The position numbers were made by a program, and so were the translations under genes. From positions 1-64,000 of IMG/VR virus record IMGVR_UViG_3300023178_003744: a DNA stretch of 64,000 bases; one strand, written 5' to 3'. The notes beneath the pieces were generated by a model. The model did not search any database. It was given only the letters and a program-made list of their open reading frames with translations, and was not told the DNA's origin. Of this stretch, positions 37,980-48,700 are shown piece after piece; within the stretch, counting starts at the first letter, position 1, and each line of letters starts with the position of its first letter. The stretch is from a virus.

Positions 37980-38310
37980 TTTTGTTCCTAATTAAATCGG
38001 CAATATTATCATAATCAGCTTTGTACTGTTTTAAAGCAACATTATAGGTATTCCAAACTATATGATAAAAGTCATACAAGTTAGTAACACAGATTGGTAT
38101 ATTATCGTTGTCAAGAAAGACTGCGTCTTCTTCATCTTTAGACAAAAACAAGCCGATTTGTCGCACTAATTCAGCATCAGCTGTGAAGGCGCCGCCGTTA
38201 TAATACACTTGTAATTTTTCTAAAAACTTATCGTATATGTAAGCTCTTTGTCTATTGATTGATTCTAAATTTTTACTAGCTTCTAAAGCTTTAACTAATC
38301 TTTGATCCAT
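37972..38310 (-). CDS. hypothetical phage protein
   Basis: 112-aa ORF, first gene of the glycosyltransferase operon. Confidence 0.75.
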   Translation of the reverse strand: MDQRLVKALEASKNLESINRQRAYIYDKFLEKLQVYYNGGAFTADAELVRQIGLFLSKDEEDAVFLDNDNIPICVTNLYDFYHIVWNTYNVALKQYKADYDNIADLIRNKSV

Positions 38311-38316
38311 GTTACT

Positions 38317-38344
38317 ATTATATAGTAAAAAATAACAAAGTCAA
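38317..38344 (-). promoter_or_regulatory. sigma70-like promoter of the glycosyltransferase operon (leaderless)
   Basis: Minus strand TTGACT, 16 nt, TATAAT; ATG 6 nt downstream with no RBS. Confidence 0.65.
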
Positions 38345-38348
38345 GAAA

Positions 38349-39326
38349 TTAATAAGTTGCCGTAAATCCTACTGTGCTACCATTTGCACTAAATGTAGGC
38401 GTAGTTGCAGCAAAAGTACCCGTAGGTGTAATAACATCTACAGTAGTTGTAACTACTGTCTGTACATCTTCATCATTAAGAGTATCGCCTACATCCGCAT
38501 CATAAAAATCTAAAAATATTTGATATGTAGTATCGTTAGCTCGTCTAAACCTATATCTTACATAATTTTCATTATATACAGCATCTCCGCCGTCTATATC
38601 GCTGGTAAACTTATATATTTCTGTATCAGGAGTACCGTTAGGTTTACCATCTAAAAAATACCATCCTTCGTACGATGCTAATTTAGTTGATCCTGCATAC
38701 GCACTATTTGTATAGGTTATACTATCTGCAAATATATCAACCTGCTCTAAATTATTAACCATATTACGCCAGTCAATACTTTTTGCTTCTGAACCGGTAT
38801 ATGTCGCACTTGCAGTAATGCGCAAACTGCCACCTGTGTTAAAAAAAACAAATTTATCATTTTCAGACGCAAAAACAATGTTAAAAACATGCTGATTATT
38901 ACCATTCCAGCCAGCAGCTAGTGTACCGGTAGTAGCTGTTGTTAAACTTGTATTTGTACTATCAACAGTAAATCTATCACCATAATTTGTATTATGAGCC
39001 GCGGCTATTGCATTGTATTTTGCTGCGGTTATTTTTTCAGTTGATGTTAAAGTTGGAAGGCTACCGCTAGTGCCGGTTCTATGCCCTGTAACCAAGTTAA
39101 CAATATTGGAAACTGTGTTCCAATCATCAGCAGTAATTTTATCGACATCAGTTACAGTGCTACCTTGTGTTATAGATGAGCCATAACCTTGGATAGTTCC
39201 TTCTGTGCCATCATTTACATATGATCCACTAGGTGTATCTATTATTGCATTTACTTCATTAATTAGATCGTTATACTTTGTTGCTGTAATACTATTTGTA
39301 GTTGCTACTGATGTTACTGTGCCCAT
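38349..39326 (-). CDS. virion structural protein (tail-associated)
   Basis: Thr/Gly-rich; ITA..(Y/W)N repeats; FFNTGG.LR; paralogue of the next gene. Confidence 0.7.
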   Translation of the reverse strand: MGTVTSVATTNSITATKYNDLINEVNAIIDTPSGSYVNDGTEGTIQGYGSSITQGSTVTDVDKITADDWNTVSNIVNLVTGHRTGTSGSLPTLTSTEKITAAKYNAIAAAHNTNYGDRFTVDSTNTSLTTATTGTLAAGWNGNNQHVFNIVFASENDKFVFFNTGGSLRITASATYTGSEAKSIDWRNMVNNLEQVDIFADSITYTNSAYAGSTKLASYEGWYFLDGKPNGTPDTEIYKFTSDIDGGDAVYNENYVRYRFRRANDTTYQIFLDFYDADVGDTLNDEDVQTVVTTTVDVITPTGTFAATTPTFSANGSTVGFTATY

Positions 39327-39329
39327 TTT

Positions 39330-40310
39330 TTATGCCAATACTAAACTATTACCAGGTCCTTCAGAAAATACAGGGACAGGCAAGCTTATATAATCTCCGC
39401 TAGGGGTTTCCACAAACACATTACTATTAATATTTGTTCTCACGTCTTCATCTACACTCGGGTCGCCAGTATCAGCATCATTAAAGGTCACTGTAAATCT
39501 ATAACGTGTCTCAGAAATTTTTTCTACTTCAATTTCGTAATAGTTTTCGTCATAATTAGGAAAACCAGATACATCTCCAGCATTCAAAGTGTAGAGTTTT
39601 GTAAGTGTATTCAAAGGTAATGCATCTATTGCCCACCATCCAGCATAAGTAACACCGCTGCCATTAGTTTGTGCTATTTTAATAGTGCCTAATCCGCTAC
39701 TTGTAATACTAAGATTTTTAATTTCAACTGTGCCTATACTTGCCACAATATTAGCCCAATCTGTATCTTTATCTTCAGGACTATTAGGAAGAGATGCACT
39801 CCCGCCTAATCTAAGCACGCCGCCTGCATTAAAAAATCCTTTTTTATGATTTTCACTTTCCCAAACCATATCAAACACATGTGTTTGAATTCCGTTCCAC
39901 GGTGTTGATATACTTCCAATACTAGCATTACTTAGACTTTTCTGACTAGGATGACAGGTATTTCTATTGTTTGTATTTTGTAATTGAACTGCTTCCCAAG
40001 TGTTGTATATGTCAGCATCAACTGTGTCATTATTAGACAGTTCAGGCATAGCTATATCACCAGTTGGTTCATTACCATTGATATGCACATATGCTCTTAT
40101 AATGTCCTGTCTTAATAGATTCCAGTCTGCTGCTGTTATTAATTCTTCAGCAACTACCGGTACTGCATTTAGCGGGTTAAAGTAACCCGCTGTAGTACCT
40201 ATAGTATTAATACTCCAGGATCCTGTAGGAGTTCCGATAATTCTTACAACTTTTGCTCTAAGATCTTCAAACTCAGCTGCTCCAATAATATCACCGACTT
40301 CAACTGCCAC
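39330..40310 (-). CDS. virion structural protein (tail-associated)
   Basis: ITAADWN, FFNAGGVLRL, KDTDW; AAGGA RBS and GTG start. Confidence 0.7.
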   Translation of the reverse strand: MAVEVGDIIGAAEFEDLRAKVVRIIGTPTGSWSINTIGTTAGYFNPLNAVPVVAEELITAADWNLLRQDIIRAYVHINGNEPTGDIAMPELSNNDTVDADIYNTWEAVQLQNTNNRNTCHPSQKSLSNASIGSISTPWNGIQTHVFDMVWESENHKKGFFNAGGVLRLGGSASLPNSPEDKDTDWANIVASIGTVEIKNLSITSSGLGTIKIAQTNGSGVTYAGWWAIDALPLNTLTKLYTLNAGDVSGFPNYDENYYEIEVEKISETRYRFTVTFNDADTGDPSVDEDVRTNINSNVFVETPSGDYISLPVPVFSEGPGNSLVLA

Positions 40311-40319
40311 AATAATTCC

Positions 40320-41834
40320 TTACACCATTAAAAAACATTCAACAAGCTTTTCGTCAGTATTTATATTTGTTTCTAACGCTATGCCTACAAGATGAAACTT
40401 TTGTTCTACACTTGCACAGCCATTATTGCAAGCCCAAACTCTATCACCTTTATTTACAGGACCTGTAACTCTTACAGGCACACGGCCTTTAAGTGCAATT
40501 GCTTGTCCTTCAGCTTCGGCATTCATCAACAGTGCTGGTTTCTTAGAAATAACTCCTATAGCTGCAAAAGAATTTTCAGTATATTCTTTAGTTTCTGTAT
40601 CTTCATATGTGCTCACCGTCATTACGGTGCCTACTGCATAATCTTTGTCTGTTGTATAAACTTCAGCTAAGTCAGCATATTTTGCTTTAGTAGCTGTACC
40701 TTGGAATAGTACTGCATTTAAATTGCCGCCTGCATCACGTATAGCAACTGTATTTCCAGTACCAGTTGCTGCTGTATCAACGCTACCTGGATATACTGTA
40801 CCACCAACTCTTAATCCTAGTGCATCGCTAGCAGTACCGATAAAGTTACTTGCATACATGTCAATATACGGACTTGCTGCACTACCTACATTAACACTTT
40901 GGCCTGGCCCCGGTAATAGTTCTCCAGCTTTTGCTTGTACAACATCAACATCTGCGCCGCCGCCGCTTTTCACACGCAACTTTGTTACTAAGCCTTGTTG
41001 ATTTTGTATAACTGCTTCATTACCATTTTCTATGAAAAGTTGTAAATCTTTACTAGCACCTATTGCTACACCACCGTCGTTGTTAACATCTACTGCTTCT
41101 TGTAATTGAGTTGTAATACCTGGGATTTCTTTAATGTGATATTGTGCTAGTACGCCTCCTAGCATTTCTGCATTACGCACAGTGCCCCAGAATATATGAT
41201 CACTTGAAGTTACACCCGGACCGTAAGCATCGCCAGCTGGATCAGTAGTTGTAGTGTTAAGTTGCGTCATACCGGGAAATACATTATCAAATCCCGGATA
41301 AGCATTTACTGCTTGGTCAATGGTGTACTCGTTGTCATTACTTACAATATAAACTGTTACATCATTAATTACCGCAATAATTGCCTGGTGATTAATTCCT
41401 AGTGTATCACGTATTAATACACTTTTCCAAAGTGTTTCACCATCGCCTGCGTCTTGAGGACCAATTAAAATAAATTCATTACCAGTGTACGCATACAACT
41501 GCAAATCATCATTATCCCACCAAAGGTCACCTTCTAATAGTCCTACTGGCGGTTCTGGTGCAACTTCTGTACCACCGGTGTTTCTCCAGCGAACACCGTT
41601 CCAATATTTTAAGCGTCCGGAACCAGCATCGTACCAAACTTGTCCAGTTAGTTTTCTCGGTGGTTGGTTTGCTCCTGCAAAATTTTCAAGTAGAAATACA
41701 AAGTTTTCATTTTGTATTTCGCCGTAACCTGCATAGTTACGCCCAACTAGTTTAAGATCAGTGGACTGATCAATAGTGCCGTCTTCGACAACTGTTAATA
41801 CATCATTATCATAGGTATTAATTGTATATGCCAT
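40320..41834 (-). CDS. tail fibre-like protein with C-terminal peptidase G2/intramolecular chaperone-like domain
   Basis: Shared N-terminus L.L.G.NY.GYG...EN...LLENFA..GQVWYD; C-terminal YADLAE.Y...GVIS..PA..MN..ALKGRVP. Confidence 0.7.
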   Translation of the reverse strand: MAYTINTYDNDVLTVVEDGTIDQSTDLKLVGRNYAGYGEIQNENFVFLLENFAGANQPPRKLTGQVWYDAGSGRLKYWNGVRWRNTGGTEVAPEPPVGLLEGDLWWDNDDLQLYAYTGNEFILIGPQDAGDGETLWKSVLIRDTLGINHQAIIAVINDVTVYIVSNDNEYTIDQAVNAYPGFDNVFPGMTQLNTTTTDPAGDAYGPGVTSSDHIFWGTVRNAEMLGGVLAQYHIKEIPGITTQLQEAVDVNNDGGVAIGASKDLQLFIENGNEAVIQNQQGLVTKLRVKSGGGADVDVVQAKAGELLPGPGQSVNVGSAASPYIDMYASNFIGTASDALGLRVGGTVYPGSVDTAATGTGNTVAIRDAGGNLNAVLFQGTATKAKYADLAEVYTTDKDYAVGTVMTVSTYEDTETKEYTENSFAAIGVISKKPALLMNAEAEGQAIALKGRVPVRVTGPVNKGDRVWACNNGCASVEQKFHLVGIALETNINTDEKLVECFLMV

Positions 41835-41859
41835 GCTTGCTTAACCTCTCAGTTACAAG

Positions 41860-41865
41860 TATTTA
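41860..41865 (-). promoter_or_regulatory. late-like TAAATA box
   Basis: Intergenic; upstream of GAGAGG RBS and ATG 41834. Confidence 0.55.
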
Positions 41866-41882
41866 GCCTAATTTATTAGATT

Positions 41883-43034
41883 TTACAATGCAGCAATTCT
41901 AGCTTGGAAGTCTGCAAAGTTAGTGCTTGCTGCTACTTCAGTTTGCAGTACAGATAAACTAATATATCCTGGTATTGTTCCATTTACAGCATCTACTAGA
42001 AGAGTTGAATCGTCTGCAAATACGCTACCTTTAAAATCACTTACTACTTCTGTAGCGGTCACAGTGCCGGTCACGTCTAATTCTGAAGCTGGTGCACTAT
42101 TGAAAATGCCAATCCTACTTTCACTGCTATCTATATATAAAGCATCAACTCGTGTTGTATCGTCTAGAATTCTTATTGCAAAATCGTTATTTTGTCTTTC
42201 TATATCTAAGACAGTATTTGTTGTTGAAGTATCAACTTTTAATGTTCCATATTTTGAGTCTTGATATCCTATAGATAGACCACTTGTGCCTTTTACAAAT
42301 AATCCTGATTCTATGTTTTGATCAACTAATACGTTTTCGCTATCTCTTTGATTATTTCTAACAAAATTACTTGGAGAATAATTGTTACCGTCTGCGCCAA
42401 CAAGTGTGTCTGTTGAAAGGGCTGTTCCTCTAAATTTATAATTGTCAACATCTACAGGATTAAAACCAATTTTGATAGGTGTATTTGCTGGATATAATGA
42501 TATACCAAAAGTATTAATTGGCGTAAATTCTTCTCTACTAGATATACCTACTAAAAAACCATTTACATAATGAGTTTGTACTGTTTTAGGCACACCTACT
42601 GTATCAGTTAACGTTATTGCTTCTGTGCCTGTTTTTCCTTGTGCCTTTGTATACGCAGGGCCCACGGTAATATATTCGCTACCGTTATAAAATTTCAATT
42701 GGTCTACACCAGTATCAATAAAAATGTCACCGATATCAGCGTTGCTTGCTACAGTTCCTACTATATTGCCGTTTGCAGTAACAAAATTTTCACCATTATA
42801 TACAAGTAATCTACCTTGTGCAATATCAAACCAAATTTGACCTAGTAATGCATTCTCAGGTGCAGTAGTTGAAGCAAAATTTTCTAATAATTTAACAAAA
42901 TTTTCGTTTAATGCTTCGCCAAAGTTTGAATAATTTTGCCCTATTAATGCAAGATCAGTTGATGTAGTATCTAGCACACCGTCTATTAGATCTGTTAATA
43001 TATCACCGTTGGTTTTATTAATCCTATAACTCAT
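41883..43034 (-). CDS. tail fibre/baseplate-associated protein
   Basis: Same N-terminal module (LLENFA..GQIWFD); C-terminal KGSVFADDST and AAST.FADFQARIAAL; TGATG-coupled start 43034. Confidence 0.7.
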   Translation of the reverse strand: MSYRINKTNGDILTDLIDGVLDTTSTDLALIGQNYSNFGEALNENFVKLLENFASTTAPENALLGQIWFDIAQGRLLVYNGENFVTANGNIVGTVASNADIGDIFIDTGVDQLKFYNGSEYITVGPAYTKAQGKTGTEAITLTDTVGVPKTVQTHYVNGFLVGISSREEFTPINTFGISLYPANTPIKIGFNPVDVDNYKFRGTALSTDTLVGADGNNYSPSNFVRNNQRDSENVLVDQNIESGLFVKGTSGLSIGYQDSKYGTLKVDTSTTNTVLDIERQNNDFAIRILDDTTRVDALYIDSSESRIGIFNSAPASELDVTGTVTATEVVSDFKGSVFADDSTLLVDAVNGTIPGYISLSVLQTEVAASTNFADFQARIAAL

Positions 43035-45142
43035 CAATTAACTCCTGTATAGATGATGTAGCTCATTGTTAAATGTGGATTTGTAACATCTAATGGTAGA
43101 CCTGTTGTAGGATTAAGTACGCCGCCACTGGATGCGATTCTCTCACTAGTATTACTTAATGCAACTTCAAATGATCCACTTGACACTCCACTAGGTGTTG
43201 GTGTTTCTTGTATTTCCCTATAGGCATAGAACTGCTGTCCTGTACTAGATTTTAAATCATGTTCGTGTTCGGGTAAATTTTGTACATCAATACTAACTTC
43301 TTCATTACCACCTACTGCTGCTATTGTTTGCGCACTAGCCCCTGTTACTCTATTGGTATCTGCAGATGGTGTTGTACTGCCCATATTATACGCACCTAAA
43401 GGCAATCTGCCTCGTAAATCTGGTAATACAAAAGTTCCTTCAGTTGATGTTGGATTTCCCAAACCATCAACTGGTGTATAAGTATATCCTATAACATTGA
43501 ACAACAGAGAATATATGTTAATATCTAGCTCTGCTCCATTACACCAAGCCCACCCCGAAGGCACTGTACTTGTAGGCCATATCATCATTCCGCCTACTGG
43601 CATGACTCCAGGTATGTTACTTAAAAAAGTTTGTCTTGTAATTCTTTTAAGACCAGTGTTCAAGCCATCTAGTCTTTCTACAAGTATTTGATCAGAATTA
43701 AATGTTTCTGTTGTTAAGTCTTTGGTATTAATAACTGTAGGTGCAATGGTCAAATTAAATGTTTTTGTAGTACCTGTGCTACCATCAAAATCATTAGAAA
43801 CTGTCTCTACGTCTCCAGTAAACTGAAATACTGTGCTGTTTGTTAATCTAGATGCGGTGCCTGCATTACCACTTACTGATCCAAAAACATTTCCTTGCAC
43901 GTTGCCTACAAAACTAGAAGCATAAATGTTTTTAAATTTAAGATCGGCTCTACCTATATTGCGAGCACTGTCTAAGTCAGGTATAATTAAGTCATTCCTT
44001 GGATCATTTTCTGGAATGTCTAAATTACCAATTACTAAACCTTCTTTAAATGTTGCACCGCCTCCAACATTTAAATTGCCTGATATCCCTGCGCCGCCTG
44101 TAATTACAAGTGATCCAGTTTGAAAATCTGTAGATTCAACACCGCCTGCACCTTTGATATTACCAGTAGCAGCAATGTTTCCATCTACATCTAAAGCTTC
44201 TTCAGGTGCTTGATTATTGATACCTACTTTTTGATCACTTGCTAAACTTAATATAGTTTTTGTTTGCCCAGCTTGTCTAAGTCTAAAGTCAATATTACCG
44301 TTTTGAACACTATTACTAATAACTCCATTTATATTATCAATTGAGAACGATATTTCGTTATTTACGCCTAATTTTAACGCATCTGCATTACGTATACGCA
44401 AAGGATATTGTGTTGTACTTTCGACATCACTTCTTAAAAAATTGCCTGCGCTTACTACTTTATCGCCTATGATTAAATTTTCTGCTTTTTCTGCTACGCC
44501 ATGATATTTTACTAAGTTTTCATATTGATCGGGATTTACTAGTGCATCTGGTTGCGTTACTGCAAGATTTATACCTGGTTTTATTTCTTTTCCTATAAAG
44601 CCAGGTATAGTTTGTTTTGGTGTAAATGTTTGATTAGATACAATAGCAATAGCATTTTGCTCTACTTCTAATACAACTACATTATATTCATTATTATCTG
44701 TTGCTACAATCTGCTTAACAGTAGCACCGGTAGTTAATCCATCACTGAATTCAGGGCCTACTAAAATCCAATTGTTACCATTGAACAAATACAACTGTTG
44801 AGAGCCTTGGTCAACCCACAAGTCACCATCTACACTATCAGCAACTTCAGGTCTTGTTAAGCTTTTTTGCAATCCGCCTGCACTTGAAAATTTCGTTCCG
44901 TCGTAAACTTTAAGTTGCTCTGCATTGTTATCGTACCATACTTGACCTTCTATTGGATTTATAGGTTCTACAGGACTAGCAAAATTTTCAAGTAACCTAA
45001 TTAAATTTTCTGCAATAACTTGTCCGTATCCAAGAGAATTTTTACCAGGTAGTTTTAAACTGGTTTCTGTATTGATAGTATTATCTTCTATCTCTATTGG
45101 ATTTTTAGTTGTATTGTCTGAGAACTCTATAGTGTAGGCCAT
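43034..45142 (-). CDS. tail fibre protein with phage tail collar domain
   Basis: PVGGMMIW..VPSGWAWCNG...LFNVIG...FVLPDLRGRLPLG; NLPEHEH; NPHLTMSYII. Confidence 0.85.
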   Translation of the reverse strand: MAYTIEFSDNTTKNPIEIEDNTINTETSLKLPGKNSLGYGQVIAENLIRLLENFASPVEPINPIEGQVWYDNNAEQLKVYDGTKFSSAGGLQKSLTRPEVADSVDGDLWVDQGSQQLYLFNGNNWILVGPEFSDGLTTGATVKQIVATDNNEYNVVVLEVEQNAIAIVSNQTFTPKQTIPGFIGKEIKPGINLAVTQPDALVNPDQYENLVKYHGVAEKAENLIIGDKVVSAGNFLRSDVESTTQYPLRIRNADALKLGVNNEISFSIDNINGVISNSVQNGNIDFRLRQAGQTKTILSLASDQKVGINNQAPEEALDVDGNIAATGNIKGAGGVESTDFQTGSLVITGGAGISGNLNVGGGATFKEGLVIGNLDIPENDPRNDLIIPDLDSARNIGRADLKFKNIYASSFVGNVQGNVFGSVSGNAGTASRLTNSTVFQFTGDVETVSNDFDGSTGTTKTFNLTIAPTVINTKDLTTETFNSDQILVERLDGLNTGLKRITRQTFLSNIPGVMPVGGMMIWPTSTVPSGWAWCNGAELDINIYSLLFNVIGYTYTPVDGLGNPTSTEGTFVLPDLRGRLPLGAYNMGSTTPSADTNRVTGASAQTIAAVGGNEEVSIDVQNLPEHEHDLKSSTGQQFYAYREIQETPTPSGVSSGSFEVALSNTSERIASSGGVLNPTTGLPLDVTNPHLTMSYIIYTGVN

Positions 45143-45144
45143 TT

Positions 45145-45759
45145 TTATTCCTCATTAAACCCAGTTAGACTTTGAATTCTAACTGTGTAATCTATTTGAA
45201 TTAATCTATTAAGACTCTTTTGCACTGGATGAAAAATTACATGAGTAAGCAATCTACCTTCACCGTTTGGATCATACGATACTAATCCAAGCTCGTCAAA
45301 TATAAATATTCCGTCTGTAGTTTGTGAATTATCAAAGGCATCTTGACCTTCTGGTTCACTGTAATCTAAAAGACATGACACAAAAACATCAGTATAGTTA
45401 GTACCGCTTACGTGTCTAGTTTCAATTTTATTTCTAAACGGATCTACGTTTTCAACACTGTTATCGTCGACAATTTTGCTGTAAGTTTGATTATACAAAC
45501 TTGCATTAGTGCCAGTGCTGTTAGGAGTCAAGTAAGTAATAATGCCTGTTGGGTCAACACTTGTTCCACCATTACCAAATGCCATTTGATATATAAAACC
45601 GCTGCTTGAATTACCTATACTTTCTGCTAAACTTATACTCATGTTTTCATAATGTATAGCATTGCGTTTATTAATTAATACTTCGCCAGAGTCAGGATCA
45701 TGTATTTTTATATGACCCTCAATATGCACTCCGTTATAATCTTTCATTGCGTCGTTCAT
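45145..45759 (-). CDS. virion structural (baseplate-associated) protein
   Basis: FDELGL..LLTHVIFHPVQKS.NR.IQIDYT; position in the tail module; preceded by a late box. Confidence 0.65.
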   Translation of the reverse strand: MNDAMKDYNGVHIEGHIKIHDPDSGEVLINKRNAIHYENMSISLAESIGNSSSGFIYQMAFGNGGTSVDPTGIITYLTPNSTGTNASLYNQTYSKIVDDNSVENVDPFRNKIETRHVSGTNYTDVFVSCLLDYSEPEGQDAFDNSQTTDGIFIFDELGLVSYDPNGEGRLLTHVIFHPVQKSLNRLIQIDYTVRIQSLTGFNEE

Positions 45760-45778
45760 TTTTATATCCTAATAATTG

Positions 45779-45786
45779 TATTTATC
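45779..45786 (-). promoter_or_regulatory. late-like promoter box GATAAATA
   Basis: Intergenic; upstream of AGGA RBS and ATG 45759. Confidence 0.6.
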
Positions 45787-45793
45787 TGACCTT

Positions 45794-48700
45794 TTAGTTA
45801 GATACATTTTGTAAAAACACTGCTGCTGGCGTAGCACTATCTTTTAAACTTTTACCTGATTCATACCAAGACATTCCCTTCTTGCGAATTACTAGTATTT
45901 TAACATTTTCAGGTGGTGTATTTTTTAACACTAATTTACTATCATCTACGATAGTAAAATCAGGCTCTAAAGTTATGTCGCCTTCTGGTGAATCTTGATC
46001 AATAGGTTGTATTACATTTCCTTGGTCATCTTTATATTCGAATCTATAACTAGCAATAGAATTTTTACGTAATCTAGACCCTGCTACAAAAACTTCAAAC
46101 TCTGACTCACTTGTTGGCGTAAAGTCTAATTCATACTCGCTAGATGTTCCGTCTGCGGTAAAGATTGTACTAAACGTTTCGTCTTTGTAAGGAATTCTAT
46201 GTTCATCATTAATGTATAAAACCTCTGTAGATTTTTCATGCAGTACCGGAACACCAGTTCCTAATGTTCCTCTTCTTATCTGAGATATCACATTACCATC
46301 TCTTACATAATATTCAATTCTTTCTCCGTTTATCCATATTATTCCCGGCTTATCATTTACGCCCGGTGATGGAAGATTATCTGCATTTTTTAGAGTAAGC
46401 TTTTTATCATACCAATATAAATCGTCAGCTAAAGTATATTCTTGATTATTAGTAATTGCGTAGAATCGTGTCCTATTTAAAATATCTTTAAACTGTATCC
46501 ACGAAAGTTCACTTTGTACAGGGCCAGCCGCAAAGTGTATAACTAAAAATTCATCGCCTAAATCTACATCTGTAATAATTTCTATTACTTTTTTGCTAGA
46601 GTCTATTACATAATCAACATTTGGCGTCAGTAATTGCTTATTTCTCGATAGCCAAACATACTGTGCGTCAACAGTTTCTGTTGTAAGATTAATTTTTTTG
46701 TTTATTATGTTGGAAATTTTTCTCCATTCTTTTGTATTTTCTTGTAACCCAGACAATGATTTAACTGTGATTCTATCTCTAATCAAACCTTGATGCGTAG
46801 CATTGTTAAATCTATAAATTTTAATTTTTGCATTCTCAGCATATATTGTGTCAAATGTAATAGTATTATTATCTACTATAAATTCTTCATTTACAAAATT
46901 ACCAAACTGATATTCTGCATTATGTCTTACATATACCTTTAAATCCTGCCCTGCATCAAAACTTACAACATTGTTGTCTAAAATTACAGCAGCTCTGTCT
47001 GAATCCCAATTATAGTCTTGCAAGTATTGTAATTTTGTGTCATCTATATATACCTCAACTGTATAACCAGGTATATTGCCTAAATCAACTTGCTCTTTAT
47101 TTAAAGAATATTCAAAAACATTTGCTGTCAAATTAAAGGTTTCGTAATATCCTGGATCTAAGACTTGATCGTTTACAGTGACTACTACTTGCCATTCGTT
47201 TAGAGATCTAGTTTGACCTTCTTGAACTTCATACTGTGTAGAACTACCATCTGCTGTTAAGTTTTCTATAGACAACTGACTGTAGTTTATATGATCACTA
47301 GTATTGTATATGTTATACTGTATTTCAGCATTTTCTTGTATGGAATCTGCAAATTCAACAACCGTGTTACCTGCGTCGTCGTTTACAAGCTGATGTTCTT
47401 TTTCTATGCCATCTACTGATACAATACTTTGTAAATTTTCTTTGTAAGGCACACTTGTTATTATGCTTAGTGTACTACCGTCACTTATTAATGATTCCGA
47501 AGCTAAAATATCGTTGCCGCCTACAGAGAAATTACTTATAGATATAATATCTCCATTTGCAGGTGCAGTGTTAAATTCTATGCTTGAATTATTAAAATCT
47601 ACAGTAAACTCTGCTGTGTCAACTATATCTCCGTTTAATCTTGCAATAATCTGATTATTTAAAAATACATCTGCATTTACTTTGTAAATTTTTGTACTTC
47701 CGTCGCCGTAATAAGTGTCTGACGATATTACGCTAGAACCGCCTTGAGCTTTTTGTGTTACCTTGATGTTTAAGGTGTCTAGTACTTGTCCAGGTACATG
47801 TTCTTCTACGCTTCCGCTTGTATTAGGAGTTACAAAATTATCTCCGTCTATTGTAATATCATTTGCTAATAAACCCTGAGCATTACCATATGTTAAATTA
47901 CCGCCAGATAAGTTTGTATCAATACTGTCAGGCATAGGAGCAAATGTACCGTCACTCGAAGTTTTTCTAATTACAAGCACATCGCCTTGTACTACTTTTA
48001 TTTCTGCATAATTAGCAGATCCTGGCATTCTAAATTCATCTAGATATAATGTTTGTGTTACGCCATCGCCAATTAACGATTCCATAATAGCATTAGGGTT
48101 ATCTACAATAGTAGACCCGTCGTATGCTGAATCATCTAATCTTGTGTTGTTCAAGTATACGTTATAGGTTGTATTTGCTTCTAATGGTGAACTTAATGTA
48201 ATCTGTGTAGTAGAACCATCAAAAGTAAATATTTCATCTTCGTTTGTATCTACATAAGAATCCCAAGTACTGTTAAACCATACATCATTGTCCCAGCCCT
48301 TAATGTTATCAAACTCTAAACCTTTAACTTCAACACCGCCGTAGTCTACACCAGACATAAGTTGTGATAGTTCTTTTCCTAATCCTTCTGTTTGAGGTAG
48401 ATACAATTTTCCTATTCGGTCGGCAGCATTTAATAGTTCTATAGATTTAGAGTACTCAATTCTTACTTCTGAACCTTCACTTAGAGGATTGTTTGTAGTT
48501 ATTCTTCCTAAATATCTCAAATAGCTTTTTGTTTTATCTTCAATATTTTCGTAAGTATAATCACCAAGTAATAATTCTATATCATTTACATACACTTTAA
48601 TTTTGTCAGTACGTATGTCTAATGGCCATTTTAAAGTGTATTGAGTTGAAGTTCCGCTAGCAACAAAAGATTCGGTAGACTCTAAAACACTTACAACAAA

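Noticed and set aside
10564-38310. A bacterial biosynthetic cluster misassembled into a phage contig
   Set aside because: Island genes overlap phage genes at the boundary and share the phage's TAAATA boxes; no transporter, regulator or mobility genes
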